A stretch of 60,066 nucleotides of DNA, filler included, from Squatina squatina (lineage: Eukaryota): assembly GCA_031763465.1 (NCBI GenBank). It is 3 parts of 2 records of this genome, joined end to end, with 100 filler letters (N's around TTAATTAATTAA, not from the genome) between each part and the next. Parts side by side here need not be neighbours in the genome. Positions count along the whole stretch, not along the records: positions 1 to 18,914 come from JARFOE010000013.1; 2 more parts are not named here. One strand, written 5' to 3'. The notes beneath the pieces are model-generated. The model worked only from the letters and a program-made list of their open reading frames with translations. It was not told where the DNA came from and made no database searches. Shown one piece after another: positions 1-9,530 of this stretch (position 1 is its first letter; every line of letters starts with the position of its first letter). Position numbers and translations under genes: made by a program.

Positions 1-505
1 ACAACAGAAAAAAAAGCTGCTGGGCTTAGAAAATTAAAAGCCAGAGGCACTTTCCATTTACAACTAAATCCCAGTTCCGCCTCTGAGCCCAAGAATTATA
101 AGCAGTAACAGATTTACAAAATGAGCATTTATCCTAAAATATGTAGCCCATTGTGAAATTCCCAAATAACAAATCCTGAACTTTAATGCAAGAATTAAAT
201 TTAGTTCTCAATTATCCGACGTACAGCTGGCATTCGCCAAATAACTTTTTGTCTTTTAAAAACAAACAAGTATGATGAAGGAACGCCCATCCCCTCCTCC
301 CCGTGTTGACCTTGTTTGATGTGTCGCCCTTGCCTTCAGCAGTTCCTGTCCTTGCCCCAGGCCCCCCCCCACAGAAAATGGCATGCGGCGACTGCACAAA
401 ACCCTGACCTAAATACCAGGAGACTGCTGCCAAAAAAAACCTCCATTTGCAACAACAGCCGTCAGAAATAAAAATAAGCAAAGAGGTAAATCGCGCTAAG
501 CTCAC

Positions 506-533
506 CTCTTTGGCTCTTTGTTTTAACCGAAGT
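506..533 (-). CDS. TAF4B: TAF4B partial exon (5' part lost in gap)
   Basis: Reads LRLKQRAKE then a GTGAG donor; matches the TAF4/TAF4B C-terminal motif EQLRLKQKAKE. Confidence 0.8.
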
Positions 534-634
534 NNNNNNNNNNNNNNNNNNNNNNNNNNNNNNNNNNNNNNNNNNNNNNNNNNNNNNNNNNNNNNNNNNN
601 NNNNNNNNNNNNNNNNNNNNNNNNNNNNNNNNNA

Positions 635-790
635 TTGCTGGACCAGGAGCAAAGCGAGCACGAAGGGGATAGGTGAATGGGACTTGGAGATGTTAGGGGC
701 AGAGTTTTGGATGAGCTGAACTTTAGAGGGCGCAAAGTGGGACGCTGGCCAGGAGAGTGTTGGAATAGCCGATACTCTGGTAGCAACAAC
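635..790 (-). mobile_element. L2-like LINE fragment
   Basis: Resembles the antisense of degenerate L2 ORF2 and the related fragment near 33300-33500; boundaries approximate. Confidence 0.4.
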
Positions 791-944
791 GGCTTACGGC
801 AGCCTGCCCCGTCACATTCCCACTAAAGTCAGTTCTACAACGGCCGTCCGGTCAGGTACCGTCCGTTCTCATGCTGCCGAAGTTGAGTTTTACCCGCTAT
901 ATTTCTGAAGATTGAGCTGCGTGTGCTGGGACTCTGACACCTAC

Positions 945-1114
945 CTATTTCTAAAGCTTTTTTCTGCAGGGATACAGAGGAGAGGAATGCTTCGTCTTTA
1001 CAGGACCGGATTATAGCGCCCACCAACTCGGAGTTTGTTGCAAGGATGCGTGCATTCTCTTCATTGATGTTGACCCCGGCCATCGAGGCCACATCATTGA
1101 TGTCATCCTCGTCC
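945..1114 (-). CDS. TAF4B: TAF4B exon, start of the conserved TAF4 C-terminal/histone-fold region
   Basis: AG/GT-bounded 170-bp exon encoding DEDDINDVASMAGVNINEENARILATNSELVGAIIRSCKDEAFL...LEIG. DEDD and EEN favour TAF4B over TAF4, as does linkage to ZNF521. Confidence 0.92.
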
Positions 1115-1379
1115 CTGGAGAATTAAAACAGCTATTTAGCAGTGTCGGGAGAAGGCCATTATTTACCATGCACATTAAAAAAAAAACTTCAAACTCAACA
1201 GTTGGTCCCACTTGTGAAGAAAAACACGTGGAATTACGTAGAACATGCAGCACAGAAACAGGCCATTCAGCCCAGCGAGTCTGTGCTGGTGATTATATTC
1301 CACACGAGTCTTCTCCCATTTCCATCTCCCTCAACTCATGGGATCTTTTACGTTGACTCGAGCACGCAAAAAGTAGAAT

Positions 1380-1537
1380 GTCTCATCCCAAAGACAGCAC
1401 CTCCAACAGTGCAACACTCCCTCAGTACTGCACTGAGTGTGTCAATCTGGATTATGCACTAAGGTCTCATGGAGTGGGGCTTGAACCCACTATCTTCTGA
1501 CTCAGGTGAGCGCTGTCCGCTGAGCCACAGCTGACAC
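1380..1537 (-). mobile_element. tRNA-derived SINE head (Deu-SINE/SacSINE1-like)
   Basis: Minus strand has a Pol III A box TGGCTCAGCGG and B box GGTTCAAGCCC; similar copy at 17936-18096. Confidence 0.7.
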
Positions 1538-1901
1538 TGAGTCGCATTACACCATCTAATGTACATAATCCAAATAGACAGATATGCATGCCTGGTCTGC
1601 AAAGATCCCTTCTCTTTCCTCATCACCCAACCAGAGGTTGGCTGATGCAACAAAAGACAACCTCCACNNNNNNNNNNNNNNNNNNNNNNNNNNNNNNNNN
1701 NNNNNNNNNNNNNNNNNNNNNNNNNNNNNNNNNNNNNNNNNNNNNNNNNNNNNNNNNNNNNNNNNNNCATGCGGCTATCAACAGCGCTGTCCCTAGCCAG
1801 CAGAAACTGCTCAAGAGCGCATGACTTGTTTTATTGGACTATCGAGTGCACGCCCATTACTTGGTATAAAATTATGAAACCGGTTTTGCGCATGTCCTTA
1901 C

Positions 1902-2037
1902 CTCCTTGAACTGCTTTGACCTGGATTTGAGATACAGGCATAGCGATATGGTTTGGGGGCCTTTGCAAAGTCACTGTTTGAGTCCTTGGCAGCGTGCTTG
2001 GTTGTGACTTTACAAGTACTCCAGACTGTTGGACGAC
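1902..2037 (-). CDS. TAF4B: TAF4B exon (Q/P/T-rich linker)
   Basis: CAG acceptor, GTAAG donor, 136 bp, VVQQSGVLVKSQPSTLPRTQTVTLQRPPNHIAMPVSQIQVKAVQG; in phase with exon 2696-2905. Confidence 0.8.
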
Positions 2038-2329
2038 CTGCAAGTGAACCAAATCATGACAAGAGACAACAAGTGGATAACAGTGAAAAGGAAAGCAAGA
2101 GCAAAGTTACAAACTCGCTACGACTGCTGTGCAGAAAGCATCTTTATACAAAGCTCTGCAATCGCTTTAATACCTTCATCCAAAACTCCATGCCCATTGC
2201 CTGGTACGATAATCACATCTTTTCTTTAAATACATATACTCTATATTAGTTTATATTATTCTCTATATTAAGCTTGGATAAAATTGCACAGATTTTAAAA
2301 TTCGTTCTTTATTATTTTGCATAAAGATA

Positions 2330-2590
2330 GAACCATCCAACATGGGAGGCCACTTGGCCCATCGTGCCTGTGCCGGCTCTTTGAAAGAACGATCCAATTA
2401 GTCTCACTCCCTCTGCCCTTTCCCCATAGCACGTAAACTTATCCTTTTCAAATATTTACTCACTTCCCTTTTGAAAGTGACCATTGAATCTGCTCCACCG
2501 CCCTTCCAGAACACAACTCGCTGCATTAAAAAAAAATTGCTCCTCTTCTGCCCCTCTGGTTCTTTCCTCAATTACCTTGAAAGACGATAT
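2330..2590 (-). mobile_element. CR1-type LINE 3' end
   Basis: Antisense match to the CR1 3' ends at 5390-5635 and 7670-8160. Confidence 0.6.
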
Positions 2591-2695
2591 CAAATTTCCA
2601 TCTCCTAGGTCTATATAATCCTACTCGTGCCTTCCCTACGATTGCACAAGCCGATACTGGCATTGCCGTGTAACGGTAATGCGGTTATTCCTTAC

Positions 2696-2905
2696 CATCT
2701 GCGCCGATGGCGAGGTGTGCAGGAGTTTTGCCTGTGGCGAAGCACTCGTTACGGTGATGGCCCTTGTTACTTGCCCCGGGGCGGGTGGTTTTGATGTTCC
2801 AGGTGCAGCTGCAAGGGGAGCAGCTGGAGTTGCAGGTTTCTGCAGGCACTGTTGAATGAAAGCCTGGGAGTTCGGCATCAACTTCCTCAAGGCAGGCAAA
2901 CTTCG
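2696..2905 (-). CDS. TAF4B: TAF4B exon (end of TAFH domain plus linker)
   Basis: TAG acceptor, GTAAG donor, 210 bp, RSLPALRKLMPNSQAFIQQCLQ...; PNSQxFIQQC is TAF4B-like. Confidence 0.88.
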
Positions 2906-3398
2906 CTAGGAGGGAAAAGAAAAACCAAACACGCACTGAAAAATGTTCTTGACCGAAATCATTGCAGACCAAAATCACTGCAGAAAATACAAGAACCTCC
3001 AAGCACATGTAAAAATTTTAGGCAGGATGAGCAAAGGGTATATTAGAAAGAGAAAACTATTGTAGAAGTCAAACCCAATGGTGTGAAATCCATCCAGTGT
3101 TACAATGTAACCGGGCGCTCAAAGAGATCCTTCAATGTTGTAAATCGGATAGAAATTTAGTACAACTAATAATATTTAACATATTAAAATGACTACTTCC
3201 TTAAAGTATTCACTAGAGAATGAACAAACTTGCATTTATATAGCGCCTTTCATGTCCTCAGGAAAGCAATTCACAGCCAATAAAGTATTTTTGAAGTGNN
3301 NNNNNNNNNNNNNNNNNNNNNNNNNNNNNNNNNNNNNNNNNNNNNNNNNNNNNNNNNNNNNNNNNNNNNNNNNNNNNNNNNNNNNNNNNNNNNNNNNN

Positions 3399-3915
3399 TT
3401 TCCGCAAAGGAGGACCAAAAAACTGATAAAGAAAGAAAAAAATGGAACATGAGAGAAACAAGTGAGAAACATAAAAACGGACTGTAACATCTTCTAAAGG
3501 TAGGTAAAAAGGAAAAGATTAGCGAAGGCAAATGTGGGTCCCTTACAGGCTGAGAGAGGAGAATTTATAAGCGGGGATAAGGAAATGGCAGAGAAACTAA
3601 ACAAATACGTTGTGTCTGTCTTTACAGTGGAAGATACAAAAATCATTCCAAAAATACTGGAGAACCAAGTGTCTGGCGAGAATGAGGAACTGAAGGAAAT
3701 TAGTATAAGTAAAAATAAATTATACTGGAGAAATTAATGTGACTGAAATTCGATAAATACCCAGGAGCTGATGATCTACATCCGAGGATTTTGAAAGAGG
3801 TCGCTGGAGAGTTAGTGGCTGCATTGGTGGTCATTTTCTAAATTCTATGGATTCTGGAACGGTTCCAGCAGATTGGAAGGTAGGAATTGCAATGCCATTA
3901 TTTTAGAAAAAAGGG
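3399..3915 (+). mobile_element. CR1-type LINE ORF2 fragment (upstream of RT)
   Basis: Degenerate EMAEKLNKY..SVFT, PGADDLHPRILKE and SGTVPADWK motifs. Confidence 0.75.
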
Positions 3916-4113
3916 AAAGAGAAAATATTTGTTTAGAAATATTAAAACACAGCTTTTGTACACAAGCATCAGTAACTTGCCCACATAGTGACACAGGAAA
4001 GATTTCAGACAGCTTCTTATGCCCCACAGTCCTGTTCAATTAGAATTACTTATTTGTTGAAAAGTTATTGAAAAAAGCAGAGATGCATAATGGTGAAGGT
4101 GAGTAATTCTTAC

Positions 4114-4236
4114 CAGTAGTTTCTGCACTAAAGCCTTCACATTATTAGACATCTGTGGTGAGTGGGATCCACTAGAAGCCAGTTTAATTAACGTTGCAAG
4201 GAAGTTCTTGCATTTCTTCACATTTTCCAATGTTTC
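4114..4236 (-). CDS. TAF4B: TAF4B exon, TAFH/NHR1 domain
   Basis: CAG acceptor, GTAAG donor, 123 bp, ETLENVKKCKNFLATLIKLASSGSHSPQMSNNVKALVQKLL. Confidence 0.93.
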
Positions 4237-4507
4237 CTGCAAAAGGAAGAGTCACATGCAACAGCATCAACACAAGAGAATCCTTGACCAGATACTCAAA
4301 TGCCCTGTGCCCAATGTTCTTTGTAAGCTGCCTGTTCATTCTAATGCACAGTCCCTTTAAATTTCTGTATGCGTGCGGTATTTACAATGGAAACGCCAGC
4401 GAACGGCCCGTGCGGGACCTTTCCCATTACTGCATGGCCGCGAGGGAACATTGCTTGCGCCCCCTTGCTCTGGGCTCCCTCTACCAGAGGAAATAGTTTC
4501 TCTACCT

Positions 4508-4712
4508 ATGGTGTAGGGGTTAATATATTAGCCTGGATAGAGGATTGGCTAACCAACCGAAGAGAGAGTCAGGATAAAGGGCTCATTTTCAGGGTGGCAA
4601 CCGGTAACCAGTGGGGCGCCACAGGGATCAGTGGTGGGAAGCAACTATTTACAATCTATATTAATGACTTGGACGAAGGAAGAGAGTGTACTGTAGCCAA
4701 ATTTGCTGATGA
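4508..4712 (+). mobile_element. CR1-type LINE reverse transcriptase fragment
   Basis: ILAWIEDWLTNR and LFTIYINDLDEG...AKFADD RT motifs, frameshifted. Confidence 0.8.
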
Positions 4713-4739
4713 CCAAATGGCCGACTCCTGTTTCTTATC

Positions 4740-5143
4740 CTTTAATCACCTTGAACACCTCGATCAGAACACTCCTTAATCTTCTGCACTCCCTAATCTA
4801 CGAAACCAGTCATCATAATTGAACCCTTTTAGCCCCGGTATCATGCTGATGAATCTGCGCTGCGCCCCCTCCAAGGCCAATATACCCTTCCTGAGGTGCA
4901 GGGCCCAGACAGTGCTCCAGATGGGGTCTAACTGGAGCTTTATATGACTGACATAACTGGCACCCCTTTTGTATTCCAGCACCCTTGAGATAAAGGCTAA
5001 TATTTGATTAGCCTTTTAAATTATTTTTTGTACCTGTCTACCAGCTTTTAGCAATTGCTGTACATGGACTCTTAAATTACTCTGTCACAGTTCCTCACTT
5101 CCATTTATAAAATATTCCGATCATCTTTCTTCAGTCCAAAGTG
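4740..5143 (-). mobile_element. CR1-type LINE ORF2 C-terminal fragment
   Basis: ILALEGAQRRFISMIPGLKG motif. Confidence 0.7.
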
Positions 5144-5389
5144 NNNNNNNNNNNNNNNNNNNNNNNNNNNNNNNNNNNNNNNNNNNNNNNNNNNNNNNNN
5201 NNNNNNNNNNNNNNNNNNNNNNNNNNNNNNNNNNNNNNNNNNNACGTATGTTAAGATGTAAGTAGCTTTTGGATTCCAAAAAGCAAAAGTCTGCAATAGC
5301 TCAATTTCCTTTATTATTACATCATTCAGAAAATCCATGCCTAATGAAAAGTTTGTGAAGAAGTTGGCAGATCTCAGAAGATACGCTAA

Positions 5390-5635
5390 TTTAAAATAAG
5401 GAATTAAGGTGAAATTTCTTCACCCAGAGAGAGGCTAGAACATGGAACTCGCTATCACATGGAGTAGTTGAGGCGAATAGCATAAATGTATTTAAGAGGA
5501 AGCTAGATAAGCAAATGAAGGGGAAAGGAATAGAAGGATATGCTAATGGCGTTAGATGAAGAGGGGTGGAAGGAGGCTTGTGTGGAGCACAATCACCGAC
5601 ACGGACCAGCTGGGCCGAATGGGCTGTTTCTGTAA
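5390..5635 (+). mobile_element. CR1-type LINE 3' end
   Basis: FFTQR..WNSL coding remnant and GGGCCGAATGG tail shared with other copies in the window. Confidence 0.75.
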
Positions 5636-5954
5636 AGGAAATATTTTGGGGGCCCAATTGGTCTCCTGAAATCTCTGGGAAATTGTCGCTAACATTGCGC
5701 TAATCCCTTTGTGCCCGCAGGTGGCACTACCTGCATAGCTGCGTCATTTGGGGAATTGGTCTTGCTTTTTGCTGACCTCAAAAGAGGTTTGGGCCAGATT
5801 TCATCAGTGGCGTGAGGAGTAGCGGCACACAGTGATGGTGATGTCATCACTGTGNNNNNNNNNNNNNNNNNNNNNNNNNNNNNNNNNNNNNNNNNNNNNN
5901 NNNNNNNNNNNNNNNNNNNNNNNNNNNNNNNNNNNNNNNNNNNNNNNNNNNNNN

Positions 5955-6170
5955 TGCTGCCGAAGAAGCCTTGGTGAGTTGCTGCAGTGCATCTTGTAGA
6001 TGGCACTCACTGCAGCCACAGTGCACTGGTGGTGGAGGGAGTGAATGTTTAAGGTGGTGGAAGGGGTGCCGATCAAGCGGACTGCTTTGTCCTGGATGGA
6101 GTCAAGCTTCTAGAATGTTGTTGGAGCTGCACTCATCCAGGCAAGTGGAGACTATTCCATCACACTCCTA
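5955..6170 (-). mobile_element. LINE ORF2 C-terminal fragment
   Basis: IYKMHCSNSPRLLRQ; related copy at about 14925-14996 (+). Confidence 0.6.
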
Positions 6171-6967
6171 CAAATCTGATTCCATTCATAAATTAACCAA
6201 AAATGCGCCTTCAGTTCATAAATAGGTAAACGATATCCTCTCCAGTCAAGGGTGAATGACTCACCCCTCCGCCTAGCGAGCTTTGCCCGGGGTTTGTGAC
6301 CAATTGTGTTTTTCACCTTGTTGATGTTTGTTGTGCTGGCTTCGTATCGCTGACATTTCCTTCTGCTTTTTCCTCCCTCAGGAAATAAATCCAGTTGCCT
6401 TCTGACTCAAAGGATTCAGGTAACAAGGAATAGTAGCTCAGTTGCTGCCTCGTGCAATCCACACCTGGGTCCAATTGCATTCCTGTGGGACATCTGCCAT
6501 CTAGTTTGTTTGGCACATACACCAGATCCACTTGAGACCATGTTCCCTTCGGTAATATGACATCAGTAATTTGCTTGTTATCTCTATCTGCCTTAGGTAG
6601 GCTTCTTCAATAAAATAATCTTTCAAGTCGATTTCTTTTGTGTGATATGGTCACGCCCGAACGCTTGAATGCCATGAATCGGTAGGGTCCCGCTTTTGGG
6701 CGCCTTTACCCGTAGAGTGTCCACACTCAAATGTGGAGGTCTGAGGAGCGTCGTATTTTGGGCCTTGGACCTCGCTGCCGTGTAGGTGGCTCTGCGGCAG
6801 GAGCCCGCCCAGGGAGAAGCTCCGTTTTCCAGGTGAGTGAGGGGGCTGCATTGCGTGGGTCAGGAGGNNNNNNNNNNNNNNNNNNNNNNNNNNNNNNNNN
6901 NNNNNNNNNNNNNNNNNNNNNNNNNNNNNNNNNNNNNNNNNNNNNNNNNNNNNNNNNNNNNNNNNNN

Positions 6968-7075
6968 TCTCACCAACACCATGTATAGTTGTAGCAAGAC
7001 TTCCTGACTTTTATACTCCCGCCCCCTTGTAATAAAGGCCAACATGCCATTTGGCTTCCTGATTACTTGCTGTGA
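6968..7075 (-). mobile_element. CR1-type LINE fragment
   Basis: NGMLAFITRGREYKSQEVLLQLYMVLVR motif. Confidence 0.75.
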
Positions 7076-7669
7076 CTTGTGTTTCATGTATGAGTATATC
7101 TCAGTGAGAAACTTGCCGTGGGACTGGGGTGGGCTGTAGAAAACAAGAATTGTAAACACTGCGACGTGCTCCAAGGATGGGAAGGTGCCGGAGAAGGAAG
7201 AGCACAGACTAAACTATGATTTGGTGGTAAGGGCCATACTCCCACCATGTAGGTTTGGGTGGGGCAGGTAGGGAAAGTATTGCCAGATGGGGAGACTTCA
7301 GTAAGGAGCAATCAACTCCAACGAGCCAAGTTTCTTTCAATGCAGTTTGTACTCTTTCCCACATCCCCCCCCACCCCAGCCTGACATATTTGCTCTAACA
7401 AGTACTTGTTCTCCAGTCTTCAGCTAATTTCTTATCCATTCCCAAGATTTACCCTGAAACACACAGTTTTAAGTTTAACTAAGGGGAATGTTAACTTTTT
7501 AAATTTTGAAAATTTAGTGCCAGGTGCAAAGGATTTTGAAGTTCTTCTAAGTTGGGCGTNNNNNNNNNNNNNNNNNNNNNNNNNNNNNNNNNNNNNNNNN
7601 NNNNNNNNNNNNNNNNNNNNNNNNNNNNNNNNNNNNNNNNNNNNNNNNNNNNNNNNNNNGGTTTATATA

Positions 7670-8160
7670 ATAAGGCTCACCAGATTGATTCCTGGAATGG
7701 GGGAATTATCCTATGAGGAGAAATTCTCTATAATCTCTACAATTTAGAAGAATGAGATGTGATCTCATTGAAACATACAAAATATTTACAGGACTTGACA
7801 GGGTAGATGCAGGAAGGATGTTTCCCCTGGCTGGGGCGTCTAGAACCAGGGGTCACAGTCTCAGAATAAGGGGTCAGCCATTTAGGACTGAAATGAGGAG
7901 ATATTTCTTCACTCAGAGGGCAGTGAATCTTTGGAATTCTCTCCCCCAGAGGGCTGTGAAGGCTCAGTCACTGAGTATATTCAAAACAGAGATCAATAGA
8001 TTTCTAACCCTAACCCTAACCCTAACCCTAAAGGGATCAAGGGATATGGGGATAGTGCAGGAAAATGGCGTTGAGGTCGAAGATCGGTCATGATCGTGTT
8101 GAATGGCGGAGCAGGCTCGAGGGGCCGAATGGCCTACTCCTGCTCCTAGTTCTTATGTTC
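7670..8160 (+). mobile_element. CR1-type LINE 3' end
   Basis: RCDLIETYKIFTGLDRVDAGRMFPL...RTRGHSLRI...FFTQRAVNLWNSLP, then a hairpin tail and TTCTTATG terminus. Confidence 0.85.
8004..8031 (-). repeat. Short interstitial telomeric tract, about 4.7 TTAGGG units
   Basis: Perfect CTAACC repeats on the + strand inside a CR1 copy. Confidence 0.85.
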
Positions 8161-8509
8161 GGCGTTGCTTTACTTGTGGCCTTCAGCAGTCATTAGAATG
8201 AGGTGATCTTTTCCTGTGTTTACACTGCATGCTTCAGTCTTCAATTGTGAATGTCCCATGATGCCCCAAGCACCAGCCACTCAGTCTCGCAGGAAACAAG
8301 AGGCAGCAATGTTCGTGTAAGAGAGAAACCCAATAAATTCTGATTGGCAGAGATAACCACACGAGACACTGGAGAAAAATATTAAATCATCCTTTTTTTT
8401 CCCTTCCTTCTTGTTTGTGTTGCGAGACAATGGACGTTGTATTTCAGCTCCCTGGGACAAGTATTTTTGTGCAGGAATTCTGGCAATCTGTACAAGTATG
8501 CAGTGTTAA

Positions 8510-9530
8510 AAGGAGGTGGACTTCGAGGCGCTTCTCTCTCTCTCTCTCGCTTTCTCGCTCCCCGGAGCCACTGGCCTGCAAACAAGAGAATCCGAGTCCA
8601 GACCTTGACTGCCCTCAGAGAGTCACGTGACTCCCATCAAAGGCAAGGCAAATAAAGAAAAATCTGGAATCTTAGTGCTGGAGCTCGTCAAGCACTCTCC
8701 AACTATTGATTGAAATTAGAACGCTGACCTTCACGTTCTCAGTCGCGACTCCCGGAAGAAAATCACTCCCCGAGTCTCTCCGCTCAAACTGGTGACGGGA
8801 GAGTGGCGATTTTCCTTTTTTTCTCCTTCTTGCAGACGTGATTCGGGACGAACTGTTAGTGAAAGCGGCGAGGGAGGGAGAACTAGACGCGAAGAAGATG
8901 CTTGGGACTTTAGTCGTTTGTGAACGGGCAGCACTCTACGGGCGGGAGCGGGTTGAAAGAGCGGGAGACAAAGGCTAGAGAGACAGAGAGGGAGAGACAG
9001 ACGGACAGACTGAGCAATGAGAATGAATCAGAGGTGGAAAAGACCGGGAGAAAGTCCAGAATAAATAGTTCTTAATCAAAATTAAAAGGTACGGGAGAGC
9101 TTTTTTTTTTAAAAGCAAAAATTAGCCGGAATGGAAAGGAGTGAAAGAATTCCAAAGCTGGATGAAGATCTGAAGGGCCATTGTCCTTTAAGGCAGGCCT
9201 TAAAACTTAACTCTTTGGCCAAGCTTTTGGACACCTGTCCCAATATTTCCTCATGTGGCTCGGTGTCTGATAACGCTCCTGCAAAGCGCCTCGGGACGTT
9301 AAAGGCGCTATATAAATGCAAGTTGTTGTTGTCGGGGGGAAACCCCCCACCACCAAAGATTACGAGACCGTTATTCAAAAACAAGAGCGGGACCGGCGCT
9401 ATTGGATCGTCCATCCATGGCGCTGCGTATAACGGGCGTTCGATCCAATCCGATGCCACCCTTCCCGTTCCACCGCCCGAGCCCAAACTCTGGGCCTTTA
9501 AGTGCAAAAATGCATCAGGCAGAGAGGCTT
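8510..9530. promoter_or_regulatory. CpG-rich promoter-like region upstream of the ZNF521 exon
   Basis: Palindromic E-box GAGTCACGTGACTC (8620-8633), CCGGAAG ETS-like motif near 8752, GC-box-like motif near 8941, inverted CCAAT pair (9401-9409 and 9441-9449). Assignment to ZNF521 is inference. Confidence 0.45.
9170..9330 (-). mobile_element. L2-like LINE 3' tail
   Basis: Same tail sequence as 32760-32845 and the reverse complement of 33120-33200; orientation label tentative. Confidence 0.5.

Noticed and set aside
6313-6531. Minus-strand ORF as an extra exon
   Set aside because: No recognisable homology and no convincing acceptor.
8285-8300. TCTCGCAGGAAACAA (SRRKQ) as the ZNF521 N-terminus
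   Set aside because: No preceding ATG, and the following codons do not give AKPRS.
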